This document shows positions 24,030 to 48,414 of a stretch of DNA of 64,000 nucleotides, piece by piece. Each line of letters opens with the position of its first letter. The first letter of the stretch is position 1. The DNA comes from Felis catus (taxonomy: Eukaryota). The position numbers and the translations under genes were made by a program. Below the pieces are notes generated by a model. It had not been told where the DNA came from and ran no database searches. It worked only from the letters and a program-made list of their open reading frames with translations. The stretch spans positions 13,270,001 to 13,334,000 of the forward strand of contig NC_058369.1 in NCBI RefSeq assembly GCF_018350175.1, read 5' to 3'.

Positions 24030-25100
24030 ATTGAGCAGGATACAGCCCCCCGGAACCTTAGAATATGGCCTTTTTTGGAAATAGGGTCTTTGCAGATATA
24101 ATTAAGGTAAGGATCAAGGTAAGATCATCCTGGATTATGGGGCGCCTGGGTGGCGCAGTCGGTTAAGCGTCCGACTTCAGCCAGGTCACGATCTCGCGGT
24201 CCGGGAGTTCGAGCCCCGCGTCGGGCTCTGGGCTGATGGCTCAGAGCCTGGAGCCTGTTTCCAATTCTGTGTCTCCCTCTCTCTCTGCCCCTCCCCCGTT
24301 CATGCTCTGTCTCTGTCCCAAAAATAAATAAATGTTGAAAAAAAAAATTAAAAAAAAAAAAGATCATCCTGGATTAGGAATGGGGTGGGTCCCAAATCCA
24401 ATGAAGGTGTTTTTGTAAGAGAAATGAACGCAGACATGGAAAAGAAGGCCACGTGAAGACAGAGACAGAGGGGCTCCTGGGGGGCTCAGTCAGTTAACCG
24501 TCCGACTCTTGATCTCAGCTCAGGTCGTGATCTCATGAGTTCATGAGTTCAAGCCCCACATCGGGCTCTGGGCTGGCAGTGCAGAGCCTGCTTGGGATTC
24601 TCTCTCCCTTTCTCTCTGCCCCTCCCCTTCTCTCTCTCTCTCTCTCTCTCTCTTTCTCCCTCTCTCAAATAAAAATAAACATCGTTTTTTAAAAAGACAG
24701 AGGGGCACCTGGGTGACTCAGGTGTCCCACTTCGGCTCAGGTCATGGTCTCAAGGTTCATGGGTTCCAGCCTCGCACTGGGCTCTGTGGTGATGGCTCAG
24801 AGCCCGGAGCCTGCTTCGGATTCTGTGTCTCCTTTTCCCTCTCTGCCCCTCCTCCACTCGTTCTCTCTCTCTCTCTCAAAACTAAATAAACATTAAAAAA
24901 TTAGAGAGAGAGAGCTTGGAGTCATGCATCTAGAAGCCAAGGAAGGTCAGGGATTGCCAGTAGCCACATGGACCAGGTACTTCCTCAGAGCCTTTCGAAC
25001 AGAAACCACCCGGCCACACCTCGACTTCTGTCTCTGGCTCCTAGAACCGGGAGCCGGTTCTGCTAATTTGTTATGGCGGATGTAGGGAAGTAAGACACAT
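24030..25100 (+). mobile_element. MLT1-type MaLR LTR interrupted by three SINEs (24139-24360, 24471-24695, 24702-24905)
   Basis: TTTGGAAATAGGGTCTTTGCAGATATAATTAAG...AAGCCAAGGAA...TAATTTGTTATGGC...TAAGACA. First SINE has TSD AAGATCATCCTGGATTA. Confidence 0.8.
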
Positions 25101-25719
25101 GTGACAGCTGGATCGCGTAGTCAAATGCTTGGTCGTTTTCACTCCGGAGGCCTATCGTACCATTTCCATCTCAGGGTGACTGGAGGTTGCAGGTGAGAAA
25201 AATGGTCAGAGTCGGATCAGTCAGTGGCCACTGTGACTCATTCCGGCGTCCATACGTTTGTCCGCCGTTAAGTGGCCGTTCGGTGACATGAAGCCCGCCC
25301 CCCTCACGGGTCTTGACAGGTAACCTGGATTCAAATCCTGCTCTTGGCCATTGCCTCTGTGTCTGACCTTGGCAAACAGCCATCTCCCCCGGGGCCTTAG
25401 TTTTCCCTTTTTTTTTTTTTTTTTTTATACTGTTTATTTATTTTGAGAGAGAGAGAGAGTGCATGCGTGCATCTCAGGGCTGATTCTACCAACCTGACCC
25501 AAAATCGGATGCTTAACCAACGAGCCACCCAGGTGCCCCTTGTTTTCCCACTTCGCATTGTGATGATTCACAAGTTTCACGCTCCTGAAAGTGATGGGTG
25601 GGTCCCCGTGGGTCCCCGGCTGCCGGGATACGACCCACCCACGCAAGGGCTGACCCAGGCTTGTCCCTTTTTCCTTGAGAAAAATGCAAAAGGCTGCTTC
25701 GGATTCTGCAGGAGCTTAA

Positions 25720-25725
25720 TTTATT
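25720..25725 (-). terminator. INSL3: Probable INSL3 polyadenylation signal AATAAA
   Basis: TTTATT on + strand ~320 nt past the stop codon. Confidence 0.65.
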
Positions 25726-26047
25726 TACTATTAGGGAGACAACAAGGGTCGGTGTCACGGATATGGGGTGGGTGGCGCCTGGGGCTCCTCAGAGGTGAGA
25801 ACATTTGGCCCTCAGAGTCTGGCATCCCCGTGAAACCAAGGACCCTCCAGGCCAGGGTTGAAGTGCGATCTTTTTTTTTTTTTTTTTTGCAGTTGGCCCC
25901 ACAGAGGAAGGTGGCCCGGGGGAGGCGGTGAGTGCTGGGAGGTGATCCGCCCCGTCCTCCCAGATGGGGCTTTATGGTGCTCCGGGAGCCCACCAGACCC
26001 GACCCCTGGGGGGTCTCTGGATCCTCTGAGGCCACACCCAGGCGGGT

Positions 26048-26250
26048 TCAGTGAGGACACAGGGTCAACAGGTGCTGCCGGGTGCAGCCACTGAGGCAGC
26101 AGAAATGTGCAGGGTTGGCGGCGGCTGCCCGGCCGGGGCGGTGACGGCGAGAGGCCTGGGGCAGGGGCTGTGGCACCACAACCAGCGTGGGGTCCCCATC
26201 GGCCACCAGCCCGTGGAGATGTCGTCCTTCCAGCCACTGCAGCAGCTCAC
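26048..26250 (-). CDS. INSL3: INSL3 exon 2 coding part (C peptide + A chain)
   Basis: Acceptor CCCCAG|GT at 26251/26250; TGA at 26048-26050. Confidence 0.96.
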
Positions 26251-27546
26251 CTGGGGACGGAGCAGAATTCAGCACGGACAGGGGACCCTAGAGGACCCCT
26301 CCCCAATACGTGCAGACAGCTGCACGCTCACGTTGTGCCGTGACCCACCACTCAGGATGTGCACAAATAGAAAGGGAGCGGCTGCTAAGTGCCTACTGTA
26401 TACCGAGCACGGACATAATCCCCCATCCAGGTGTGCGCACTCTCGAGCCGCGCTCAGGGGTCCCCGGTTGTGCACGTTTCCACGAGCCACCTACCACACA
26501 GACGCGCAGACGCTTCACAAAGCCGAAGACAGCAGAGGTGACATGTGACCTAGACGTGTGCACCCGTGTGCAGGCTCACATGGACACACGCACACACGGG
26601 CACACAGCCTCGTACCCCTTCCCAGTCTCCCCCTATGGGTGCCCGCCTGCATCTGGGTCGCAAAGACGCACACATCAGGACACACACGTGTGACGCGCAT
26701 GGGCACACAAATCTGTTTTCCACCCTCCGCACCAGGGCCCGCAGTAGAGTGAGAAGAGCGAGCGCTGGCCTCAGTGCGCAATTCAAGCGGGAGCCTAAAC
26801 ACTCAACAATGAAGATTAATCCTCTTTTAACGCACTGTTTTTAAAAAACCTAGGGGCGGCTGGGTGGCTCAGTCGGTTAAGCGGCCGACTTCGGCTCGGG
26901 TCACGATCTCGCGGTCCGTGAGTTCGAGCCCCGCGTGGGGCTCTGGGCTGACAGCTCGGAGCCTGGAGCCTGTTTCGGATTCTGTGTCTCCCTCTCTCTC
27001 TGCCCCTCCCCCGTTCATGCTCTGTCTCTCTCTGTCCCAAAAATAAATAAACGTTAAAAAAAATTAAAAAAAAACCCTCAAGTAACGCCCCAAATCGCGA
27101 AGATCAAAACGCTGGGATTGTAAATAAGGCCGGCTCTGACCGTGCGCTTGTAAGACTCCGCCTCGCTCGCCTCGCACTGATTCCTGCCCGGCAGGGGACG
27201 CATCCTTGGCGAATTTGCACACACCGGTGGGCAAGTGGACCCCCGGGACGCGCGTTGCAAACCACCCGCCTGCCCCCGCCCCGACGCCAGCGCCCGCGTG
27301 CACCTGCCCCAGCTAGAAACCCCGGGGCGCAATCGTCGCGCGGCTCCACTCACGGTCCCCGCCAGCCACTCGCCGCCCGTCTTCGGAGGACCAGCGCGGG
27401 CCCCCGCACACCCGCACCAGCGCGCGCACCAAGTGGTGGCCGCACAGCTTCTCTGGGGCTTCCGGAGCAGGCGCGGGGCCCAGCGCGAGCGCCAGACCGG
27501 TGCCCAGCAGCACCAGTGCCCAGGTGAGTGGGCGGCGGGGGTCCAT
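26048..27546 (-). CDS. INSL3: Insulin-like peptide 3 preprohormone; complement(join(26048..26250,27354..27546)), 131 aa
   Basis: Signal peptide, B chain [21 protein letters not shown] peptide, RPGR cleavage site, A chain [26 protein letters not shown]. Phase-1 GT-AG intron; 396 nt total. Confidence 0.97.
26853..27075 (+). mobile_element. SINE in the INSL3 intron (antisense to INSL3)
   Basis: Full consensus body and A tail. Confidence 0.92.
27354..27546 (-). CDS. INSL3: INSL3 exon 1 coding part (signal peptide + B chain)
   Basis: ATG at 27546; donor C|GTGAGT at 27354/27353. Confidence 0.96.
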
Positions 27547-27578
27547 GGCGGCAGGAGTCCGGCCCCAGCGGGGATCCC

Positions 27579-27670
27579 TTCTTATAGGCGGCCAGCCAGC
27601 CCCAGCTGGGGGACCTTGGATGGGGGACAGAACGTTCCGCGGGATGGCTCAGGGAGAAGGTCAAGGGTGG
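27579..27670 (-). promoter_or_regulatory. INSL3: INSL3 proximal promoter: TATA-like TATAAGAA (27579-27586), SF-1/NR5A1-type CCAAGGTCC (27611-27619), nuclear-receptor half-site AGAAGGTCA (27655-27663, + strand)
   Basis: Motifs read directly from the sequence. INSL3 is an established NR5A1/NR4A1-regulated Leydig/theca gene. Confidence 0.7.
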
Positions 27671-27871
27671 GGTGAGTGCAAGTGTAGTGTAAGCCCCAGC
27701 AGGTGTGTCCCTCCTCCACTCCCCCCCCCAACCCAGTAATCTCTATGCCCCAAGTGGGGCTCGAACTCAAGACCCAGAGATCAAGAGTCACGTGCTCCAC
27801 CGCCTGAGCCAGGCTTTGGTATAGTATCTGACTTAAACTTTTGATGGGCCATCTTCAAAGGTGGCTATCTG

Positions 27872-28435
27872 GGGGCGCCTGGGTGGCTCAGTCGGTTAAG
27901 TGACTTCAGCTCAGGTCATGATCTCACGATTGGTGGGTTCGAGCCCTGCGTGAGGCTCTGTGCTGACAGCTCAGAGCCTGCAGCCTGCTTAGGATTCTGT
28001 GTCTCCCTCTCTCTCTGCCCCTCCCCAGCTTGTGCACATGCTCACTCTCTCCCTCTCTTTCTCAAAAATAAACTTAAAAAAAAAAAAATGATGGCTCTCT
28101 GGAATAAACTGATTTGCCAGCCACACGACTAGAGAAAGAACCAGGCTGCCTTCCCCCCCACCCTCGTTTCTTCCCCTCCTGGGGCTTTAAATTCCCACTC
28201 GTATGTTTTGTTTTGTTTTTTAATTTCTTTTTAAAAGTTTATTTATTTTTGAGAGACAGAGAGCACAAGCCAGGGAGGGGCAGAGAGAGAGGGAGACACA
28301 GAATCCAAAGCAAGCTCCGGGCTCTGAGCTGTCAGCACAGAGCCCGACACGGGGCTCGAACTCACAGACTGCGAGATCACGACCTGGGCCGAAATCAAGA
28401 GACAGACACTTAACGGACTGAGCCACCCAGGCGCC
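27872..28435. mobile_element. Inverted SINE pair upstream of INSL3 (+27872-28088, -28206-28435)
   Basis: Consensus bodies in opposite orientation ~120 bp apart. Confidence 0.9.
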
Positions 28436-28764
28436 ACCCCACCCCTGCCCCCGCACCCCCCACTACTCGTATGTTTTAAGTTTACCAAGAAACAATGGGC
28501 CCTGGAAACCCTGGGCTCCCATCCTGGAGCCAATAAGAGCAAAGGCCCAGCCAGTGACCAAGCAGCTCTGTCTCAGTCCCCCCTCGCCCCTCTCACTATG
28601 TGGCCTTGGGGGCGCTGGGTGATCTCCAGGTCTGGTAAGTGAGAAACCTTTATTTTTTTTCAGTTTCCCGATGGGTGTCCGGCGGAAGGGCGTCTTGTAA
28701 GCAGAACCACAAAGGCCAGTCCAACCACGACACTAGTCATCGATCAGCTGAGCCCTAACTAGTG

Positions 28765-29122
28765 CAAAACACCCCCTCATTTCCTATGTGTGAGCCCCAC
28801 TCCCCTTCGTGAGGGTGTCTGGAGGGGGTCGCTTCGGGAGGGGGTTAGGTCGCGGAGGCCAGGGGGGTGGGGGTCCCATCCCGGAGTTGGTGCTGCCGAA
28901 GGAGGGGCCGTGAGAGGATGTGCCCCCACGCCCCCTCCCTGTCCACGCGGGGACACAGCCAGAAGGCAGCCATCTGGAAGCCGGAGGGCCCACCCTCGGC
29001 CGACCCCTGGCACCCTGATGCACCCTGGTCTCAACCGTCCAGCCTCCGGAGCTGCGGGAAGGAAGCGTCTGTCGGGGAAGCCGCCTGGTATTGTGCCACA
29101 GCAGCCTGGACGCGCCGAGCCG
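28765..29122 (+). mobile_element. MLT1A-like MaLR LTR, strongly GC-shifted
   Basis: GGACACAGCCAGAAGGCAGCCATCTG.AAGCC, CTGGCACCCTGAT, CCAGCCTCC and TGGTATT...GCAGCC anchors lie in MLT1 order. Confidence 0.7.
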
Positions 29123-29579
29123 GGGCCCGAGACGGCCAGAGGAAGGAGTCTGTACCAGGACACCTACGCGGCCATGCACAGGGACTCAGGCCACCACGTG
29201 GGGGGAAGCGAGCCCTGTGCTCCGAACATTAAACTCCCGCTCTCTGTCTTAAATCCACCCAGAAAGAGTAAGCCGGGGAAACCCTAGGCCCCCACCCTGG
29301 ACCCCAGTGACAGCAGAGCCCCAAGCCTGAGTTTGCACTCTGTTCCTACAGGTGACCTCCATGTGTGGCCGGAGGCCGTGTACCATGGGTGTTGCCGAAG
29401 GGCACCTCGCCATTGTAGGAAGAACCCCAAGAGTGGTTGTAACCTCCACACTGGTTACAGATCAGCTGGATCTGCATGAGACAGTGAGGGGCCCTCCCCC
29501 TGGGCCAGGGCCATGGGCGTAGCTCCCCCAGGAGGAGCAATGGGGGAGCAGTCTTTTTAAACACAACCACCACCACCAT

Positions 29580-29804
29580 TTTATTTATTTAAAGAAAAAA
29601 ATTTTTTAATGTTTATTTTTGAGAGAGAGAGACAGAGCGTGAGTGGGGCAGGGGCAGAGAGAGACGGAGACACAGAATCCGAAGCAGGCTCCATCCAGGC
29701 TCTGAGCTGTCAGCCCAGAGCCCAACACAGGGCTCGAACGCACGGACTTCGAGATCATGACCTGAGCCGAAGTCGGACGCTTAACTGAGCCACCCAGGCG
29801 CCCC
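29580..29804 (-). mobile_element. Carnivore SINE
   Basis: Consensus body on the minus strand. Confidence 0.88.
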
Positions 29805-30507
29805 CTTATTACTGTATAAATGACACCTTGGCTCAGAGAGGGGACCGCCACACTTGCCCATGGTCACAGGAGGCTGGGCCTGGGGCTGGGGCTGTTGGCC
29901 GGCTCTGTCTCTCCCTTTGGGCTGGGCAGGGACTGGTGGGCCCAGAATGAAGCTGGCTGTGTTTGCTTGGCATCTGCTTGGTGGCAGCCTGGTGCCCAGG
30001 AGGACTTAGGACCTCGTTTTACCAAGGAGGGCAAAGAAGCAGAGACAAAAGAGGGCCCGGGCTGAGAACCGTATCTTGCTTGAGCCCAAAGCAGCCCCCT
30101 TCCACCTTGCACCCAAGCAGATGGCTTTCCCGGGGCTAAGACAGCAGGTGAGACAGAGAGAGAGAGACAGAAGAGAGACACTGTGTCTCTCCCTCTCTAC
30201 TTCTCTCTGTGCCTCTTCATATCTCCCAGCCATCCCGACGAAGACTTGCTTGGCCCCCACTGATGTTAGACCCCCTCCTCATAGCTTGGCCCTCCCAGCC
30301 CAACCTTGCCCTCTGACCCCCCCCCACCCAGAGCAAACTGTTCTCTCCACCCACCAGGAGGCTGTAATCAGCTTCTCAGGACAGAGCCAAGGCCAGCAGC
30401 TGGAGCTTTCCATCCCCCAGCCCTAACCACATTCCTCCCCAGCTTACAGCCTCCCATAACGCCCCATCACCCCAAGTCCAGCAACTAAACCATTCTTCTC
30501 GCTGAAC

Positions 30508-30513
30508 TTTATT
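30508..30513 (-). terminator. JAK3: Candidate JAK3 polyadenylation signal AATAAA
   Basis: First canonical AATAAA I found on the minus strand after the stop codon (~1.15 kb downstream), within TGAATGAATAAA. Confidence 0.5.
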
Positions 30514-31654
30514 CATTCAACGAACATTCCCAGAATCCCCTTTGTGCCCCCCCCCCCCACAGCCCAACCCCCAGGGAGCCTCTGGGTGAGAGGACACAGA
30601 TCTGGACAGACACCCCGGCCCTAGGATCAGAGCGGAGAGTGATCGGCCGGTGAGAAGTGGTGGGAGCATGCCAGGGAAGGCTGCAGGGAGGGGATAGCTG
30701 GGGTTTTGAGAGATAAATACGTTTTCCAGGGGGCAAAAGTGGCAGAAAAGACTGCAGGCAGGGGAGAAGTGGGGGTGGGGGCGGGGGTTACTCAGCCTGC
30801 CCAAGATGCTTTCTCACAAGGCTCTGGAAACTGTACAGCAGGAGGCCAGCACCATTAATCTGCCCATTATACAGGAGACCCAGAAAGGGGAGGCAACTTG
30901 CCTGCCATCACACAGCAAGTGAGTGGCAGAACTGTGGGCTCTTAACCTCTGTCCTCTGAGCCTCCTCACTCTCACCATGTTGTTCCCTCCGCCGAGAATA
31001 CCTTTCCTTCCCTTAGCTGCTGCAAGTCTCCAGGGTCATCAACTGTGTGACCCTCCGGTCAGGACAGAAAGGGCCCCGGTGTGCAAGTGGGCCAACATGA
31101 AACCTGACACGCTCTGGTACATTTAGGGCGGACTGTGATCCCAGCCTTCCTGGCCCCCAAAAGCAAATTTCCAACCAGGGCAGCTGCTCTTGTCTGTGGC
31201 TCGCTCCAGCACAAGAGGGAGGGGGGACAGAAGCCTGGGATCATATATTTAAAGCTATGCCACGTCCTCGCTGCGCCAGGAAGCCCAGGACCAGATCCAA
31301 GAGGGTAGGAAGATGGGAGGGGCTTCGGTCTGGTTCCTCAATTCCCATCGCAAGGCACAGCCGGCCACGCCCCCAACCGAGGGATTCATCTTGAACCTTT
31401 TCAAGTTGCTGAGGCCACAGGCCGGTTGTTGCCCCCCAACAGGGGTGGGTAGCCCTCCCAAAGGCAATGTCATTGCCCCGTGGGGATCTCTGCGAAGCAG
31501 GAAGCCCAGAGAGTGGCAACGTCCTGCCGAAGGTCACACGGCCCATCCACAAAGACCAGAACCCAGAGGTGTGCGTGCAGCGTGCAGGAGAGAGAAAAAG
31601 GAAGTGCGCGGGGCTCTCCCTGCGGACAAGCAGGGCAGGCGTGAATCTCGCACT

Positions 31655-44474
<12,820 letters not shown>

Positions 44475-45491
44475 TCAATCTGTAGTCTCCACATATACTT
44501 TAGGGCAGAATCCCTGCCCCTGGCAGGCATGAGCAATCAATCACAGATGCACAGATTTGCTGACGGGGAAACTGATGGATACTGGCTTGTGTCTATGGGG
44601 ATTTAAGGCGACCGTGATGGACCATCACTTCCTATGGATCTAGGAGACTCAAGCACTTCTGCGGCTGGGGCTGGAAGTGTTTGCATATGATGCAATGCCT
44701 GATGGCATGCATCAGATCCAGACTGATGTTGACTCAGTCGATAGGGACCTCCGTCTTGTCTGTCCACCACCACTACCACCCCTGTCCCCTTTATCACTCC
44801 CACTATTCCTCCCCGGAATGGGCCCAGGAGGAAACTGCCCCTCATCCCTTATTCCCAAAGCTCGGGACCCCTGGCTAGGCAGAGGGAACGGCTGGGCTTT
44901 GGGTCCTGCGAGAAAGGGGGAGTAGATGGACAAGATCCATTTACATTATTGACTCGAATAAAGGAGACACAAAGAGAATATTGGGTAAAAAAAAAACCAA
45001 ACAACAACACAAAACTATGTACCAGAATAATAGTGGGGGGGGGGCAGCATTAATGAGCTTTTAACACACCCAGCATATAAGCCTAGAGCTGGAATAGGTG
45101 AAGACCCTAAGCTCTGGGTTCAAATCCCAACCCCACCATATCCAAGCTTTGTGACCCTGCCAGGGTTCCATTGCTAGGACTCTACTTTCCCAGCTATGAA
45201 ATGGGCTGACTCCCCGCCTGCCTTGGTTTGCTGAGCTGAGCCCCAAAGTCTCAACATTTTTGATTCTCACTAACTGGCACAATCCTTGGCAACAAGCCGA
45301 GGGAGCAGTTAACAAAAGTCAGCTAAACCAGACAGGAAGGTCCCGTGGCAGGGCGGTTTAGCGGTTCCTATGGGGGAAGGAGGGCATGAGGGGAAAGAGA
45401 TCTTTCCCGTAGGGACACCCCAGTGTCACTAGCTTCCAGACCTGGAATCAGGACTTTCCCAGTCACTCTCCCCAGAGGGGATCACTTCCTA

Positions 45492-45723
45492 TTTCTTTTT
45501 TTTTTTTCTTGAAACGTTTGTTTATTTATTTATTTATTTATTTGAGCGAGACACAGTGCGAGTGGGGGAGGGGCAGAGAGCAAGGGAGACAGAATCCGAA
45601 GCGGGCTCCAGGCCCTGAGCTGTCAGCACAGCGCCCGAGGCGGGACCCGAACCCACGAACCGTGAGATCATGACCTGAGCCGAAGTCTGAAGCTCAACCG
45701 ACTGAGCCACCCAGGCAGCCCCC
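45492..45723 (-). mobile_element. Carnivore SINE in JAK3 intron 1
   Basis: Consensus body; flanking duplication GATCACTTCCTA. Confidence 0.88.
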
Positions 45724-46264
45724 ACCCCCCTTTCTTTTTTGATCACTTCCTAACAGCGACTTAATTGTGGTCTTCGTGGTCTTTCATGTAAACAGAATCA
45801 GGCAGTGTATCTTTCCTTTCAAATAAATCTTAAAGATACAGCCACATTTTAAATACTGAAGGTAAAAAAAAGAAAAAGCCAGAGGGGGTGCTTGAGACCC
45901 GGAAAAATGCCCTTGTTTTAACTCCAAAAGTTCCATAGCCCCCGCAGTGGGTTGGTCACCCAATGCTCTGGCCTGGGGCCTGGGAGGGTGGAGGCTGGGA
46001 ACTGTCCCTCCAGGGACGATGAACTCCAGGCTCGAGGCACAGTGATACATTCAGGTCCAGAGAGCTTGGAATTTGGGGTCTCACGTTATGCCGAACAAAG
46101 CTGAGGCCCAGAGAGGAGAGCGTTTGTCACAAGCCACAGAGCCAGCCCTCCCAGCTGTCTGTCTGGCAGCTTTCCTCAGAGGCCTTTCCTTTGTCCCCAG
46201 CCACAGCCATTCACACACTCCCCCCAACCCCCACCCCAGAGCCATGTGGCTCGCCAGCTCTTAC

Positions 46265-46355
46265 CTGGCAGCGGGGGACCCTGGGCCAAGGACCGGAGGG
46301 CAGAGCCGGGAGGGAGACAGCAGGAGGAAAGTCCCACCGGGCTCCTTCCTGTGTG
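46265..46355 (-). other. JAK3: JAK3 non-coding exon 1 (5' end approximate)
   Basis: CACACAGGAAGGAGCC...GGGACTTTCC...CCCGGCTCTGCCC resembles the human JAK3 5'UTR as recalled; donor CAG|GTAAGA at 46265/46264. Confidence 0.8.
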
Positions 46356-46934
46356 GGCCCCTCGGCTTCCTGAGCTGCTGTCACTTACTGAAAGTCATGG
46401 CCATGTGGGGGATGGGGACCGGGAGGTAAGAGGGCTTGGCCAGGGAGGGGCAGACAGTTCCAGAAGCCTCCACAGCCCGGTGGCCCTCCTCAGACAGGCT
46501 GTTGGAGACCCTAGACCTAAAGGAAGGAGCGACAGGACAGAGAAGGGCCCCGGTCACAGAGAGGCTCTCAGCTGGCTCCGCACTCCCTCACCGTGGGGCC
46601 CTGGAAATGCCCCAGCAACTAGGGCCTCAGTTTACCCATCCGTAGCACGACGGGGTGGGGTATGCAACAGGACTAATTCTGCACCCAGGAAGGAAACAGG
46701 GAAGTTGCCCCAGATAAATGTCAAGTTCTTCTTCAGGGTACTTTCCCCATGAGACCTTAGGAGGAATAATGGGCCCCTTCCGTGCACCACGCTTTCTGCA
46801 CAACGCTGTTTGTTCTGTGCACAACCCTAGAAACAGCTCTAACCAGGCAGACCAGGCCTGCCTTCAGGCTCACCTCACCCTCTGGTCGGTCAAGAAGACG
46901 ATTACTAATTACAGATAACGAAGAAAACCAGGGT

Positions 46935-47185
46935 GGGGCACCCGAGTGGCTCCGTGGTTCCGGTTAAGTTCCTCTGTTGGAAACCAAGGTCTCAGCTCAA
47001 GTCGTGAACTCTCGGTTTGTGAGTTCAGTTCCCCATGTTGGGCTCTGTGTTGACCGTGTGAAGCCTGCTTAGAATTCTCTCTCCCTCTCTCTCTGCCCCT
47101 CCCTGGCTCTGCTCTCTCTGTCTCTCTCTCTCTCAAAATAAGTAAATAAAACTTAAAAAAAAGAATAAAAGAAAGAAAAAAGAAA
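46935..47185 (+). mobile_element. Carnivore SINE upstream of JAK3 exon 1
   Basis: Degenerate head, (CT)n, A tail; approximate TSD AAGAAAACCA(G/A)GGTG. Confidence 0.8.
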
Positions 47186-48414
47186 ACCAAGGTGATGAGA
47201 CAGGCACAGGGTGGAGCTGGGGGCAGGGAGGTGCCTTTTGCGCAGAGGCCACGATTAATTGAGCTGCGATGTGAAGCAGGACAGAGAAAGGGCACTCCTG
47301 GTGGGGGCACTGTAAGTGCAAAGGCCCTGAGGTGAAATGAGGTGAGCAGTCCGAGGACCAGAGAGGAGGCAGGAATGGCAGGAAGAGGTAAGAACGGAGG
47401 GGGAGGCACAATGGTGAGCAGGGGTCAGATCTGACTTACCTTTTTTTTTAATTAAAAAAATTTTTTAACGCCCTGGAAGCTGTCATGAGTGGAGGAGGCA
47501 GGAGGCTAGGGCAGCATCCTTGGGGAGACCCCAGAAAATAGAGTTTTGGGGATAGACTTTAGAGGACTCTTTCTATAATTCCATCACATATCCCGGCACA
47601 AAAAAACTGCTTTGGTATGTATGTATTTTGTTGACTTTAGTTCAATCACCCACGGACGCTTACCAGGCACCTCCTGTGTGTAGGGCACTGGGGACACATC
47701 GGGGGACAGAACGGACCCAGTCTCTGCCTGGTGGAGCCGACCATGTGGGGGGGGGGGGACATGATATTAAACTGTTACACAATAATTGTTTCAGTTGCCC
47801 TCGGGGCTGGGCTGGTAGGAGACACCCGGAGTCTGCAGGGCTTCCTGGAAGAAATGACTTTGATACTGAAATCCAAGGGCAAGTGGGATTGGGGATTGAC
47901 CAAAGAGTGATCTGGAAGTGTGGGGAGTTCCTGCAGAGGGAGCAGCCCAGGCAGAGGCCGGGTCACAGCGTTTCTGAGAAGAGCAGGATGTCAAGGGCAG
48001 AGGGCTCGGAGACTTGCTAGGAAGCATCAGTGGGGCCTTGCGGGTGGAGGGAGGGGTAGGAGGGTGGCCTCAGTGGCAGGAGCCCCAGCAGGCTAGTGGC
48101 AGGAAGTGCTGCTGGGGGTGGGGGGACTTAGCTGTGGTATTTTTCATTTACTTCCTGAGTGGCTTTGGCAGAAACGAATGTAAGCACACTCCCATCCTTG
48201 GCCCTGAGACAAAGGCTCCAGTCCTCCAGGAAGGACAGTAAGTTTCTAGGGCCCTGAAAACTTCAGTGTGACGGTCACTGTGGTATTTTGAGAGTGAGCA
48301 GGAAGGGAACAGGGGTGGGACAAAGGTGACATCCTCAGCCCCAGAGAGGGCTGTGTGAAGGGGGAGGAAGTTTCAAGGAGGCAGAGCCCAGACCTTGCTC
48401 AAGAATAAATTGGA

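Noticed and set aside
47842..47850. Perfect GAS motif TTCCTGGAA 1.5 kb upstream of JAK3
   Set aside because: Sits in a common L2-like context (GGGCTTCCTGGAAGAA); no independent support for function.
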